Shown one piece after another: positions 63,318-64,000 of a stretch of 64,000 bases of DNA. Location: contig JANQPL010000008.1 of the NCBI GenBank assembly GCA_028289425.1, positions 30,613 to 94,612 on the forward strand. The letters are read 5' to 3'. The notes beneath the pieces are model-generated. The model saw nothing but the letters and a program-made list of their open reading frames with translations, was not told the DNA's origin and made no database searches. Within the stretch, counting starts at the first letter, position 1; the number at the start of each line of letters is the position of its first letter. The DNA comes from Alphaproteobacteria bacterium (GTDB taxonomy: Bacteria; Pseudomonadota; Alphaproteobacteria; JANQMY01). A program made the position numbers and the translations under genes.

Positions 63318-64000
63318 CCGTATCTTGGTCCATCTGCGCGGTTGTCCAAGATCCCGGAAAGATAATGTGGCCGACCCGTTCTTTCTTGTAACTGCGGAAG
63401 GCGGTGTTTTCAGTCAGCTCCTCGATGGCAAATTGCAGAGCGCTGGGCACTTCGATCAGTATATCCGTCAGTGTACCAATCAAGACGGAAATGGAATAGC
63501 TGCCCCCTTTCAGGAAGCGCGCAGGAATGCGCATTTGCGCGTGATACCGGCCTGCTTTTCGATTCGCGATGGGCTCCACATGGCCATCCGTGTCGAACGA
63601 CGTAAAAACCTCGATCATGTTGCGCGACACGACCATAACCGACTGCATCGTGTCGATGTCTTCATGCAGTTCATATTCCATATTGACGACAATTTCGTCT
63701 TTGAGGTCGAAGATCTGTTCGTCCCGGCCGTCGCTATGTGTGGTCCAAACGCGGTTTATGGAGATATTGTTCTTGTGCCATCCGCGCCCATCCCCATGGA
63801 TAAGATCTTCCGAAATGAGCTTGGCGTAAGACCCGACCACGTCGCCCACTTCGCCGGCATCAAGGATTTCGCCTTTGTCCAACAGGATCGCCGATGTGCA
63901 AAGTTCGCTAATGGATCCGATATTGTGACTTACAAACAGGACCGTGCGACCGCTTTTCATCAGATCTCTGATTTTTTCCATGCTTTTCTTACGAAAGGCG
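63280..64000 (-). CDS. Polysaccharide ABC-exporter ATP-binding protein (Wzt/TagH type), 5' part outside window, with C-terminal extra domain
   Basis: The reading frame stays open to base 64000 (...AFRKKSMEKIRDLMKSGRTVLFVSHNIGSISELCTSAILLDKGEI = end of the ABC ATPase with H-loop). About 170 further residues follow (VWTTHSDGRDEQIFDLKDEIVVNMEYELHEDIDT...RFLKGGSYSISVLIG), consistent with a Wzt-type beta-sandwich C-domain. Confidence 0.82.
   Translation of the reverse strand, partial: AFRKKSMEKIRDLMKSGRTVLFVSHNIGSISELCTSAILLDKGEILDAGEVGDVVGSYAKLISEDLIHGDGRGWHKNNISINRVWTTHSDGRDEQIFDLKDEIVVNMEYELHEDIDTMQSVMVVSRNMIEVFTSFDTDGHVEPIANRKAGRYHAQMRIPARFLKGGSYSISVLIGTLTDILIEVPSALQFAIEELTENTAFRSYKKERVGHIIFPGSWTTAQMDQDTDAGQLELAKGGT

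Noticed and set aside
59791-63365. Plus-strand ORFs 59791-60654 (287 aa) and 62595-63365 (256 aa)
   Set aside because: They lie opposite the Gmd-like and NeuA genes, which carry diagnostic motifs. The plus-strand translations have no family resemblance.
43763-64000. Mobile-element boundaries (IS, integrase, tRNA attachment site, direct repeats) around the glycan cluster and its AT-richer core
   Set aside because: No transposase or integrase-like ORF, tRNA gene or flanking repeat was recognised by eye. The compositional shift alone is reported as a finding.

Overview
The window has two parts. (1) Bases 1 to ~42.4 kb hold a complete purple-bacterial photosynthesis gene cluster (PGC). Minus strand: pufM (cut by the window edge)-pufL-pufA-pufB-bchZYXC-crtFE. 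Divergent plus strand: crtD-crtC. Minus strand again: crtB-crtI-bchO-bchD-bchI-hemA-puhE-acsF-puhC-puhB-puhA-lhaA-bchM-bchL-bchH-bchB-bchN-bchF. Plus strand: aerR/ppaA-ppsR-bchG-PucC-like MFS-bchP-tspO. A membrane-tethered cytochrome c closes the cluster. Twin PpsR/CrtJ operators (TGT-N12-ACA, 8-bp spacer) sit at five promoter regions, and intercistronic RNA hairpins lie between pufA/pufL and between hemA/bchI. bchE, bchJ, crtA, pucBA and pufQ are not seen in the cluster, whereas acsF and hemA are. This gene content resembles aerobic anoxygenic phototrophs, but that is inference only. (2) After a Zn-alcohol dehydrogenase, bases ~43.8-64 kb form one minus-strand surface-glycan operon-like block. 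It encodes a dTDP-3-amino-3,6-dideoxyhexose route (RmlA, RmlB, FdtA-like isomerase, DegT-type aminotransferase). It also encodes a nonulosonic-acid module: a Gmd-like dehydratase, an unusual CBS-NeuB-SAF-TIM-barrel fusion and a NeuA cytidylyltransferase. The rest comprises two or three GT-B glycosyltransferases, a PhyH-type dioxygenase, seven class-I SAM methyltransferase-like ORFs and the 3' part of a Wzt/TagH-type ABC ATPase with a C-terminal extra domain. This methyltransferase-dense, ABC-transporter-dependent cluster and its fused NeuB are the most likely place for undescribed chemistry. No rRNA, tRNA, CRISPR array, transposase or integrase was recognised. All calls rest on reading the translations and sequence by eye. 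No database search was run.
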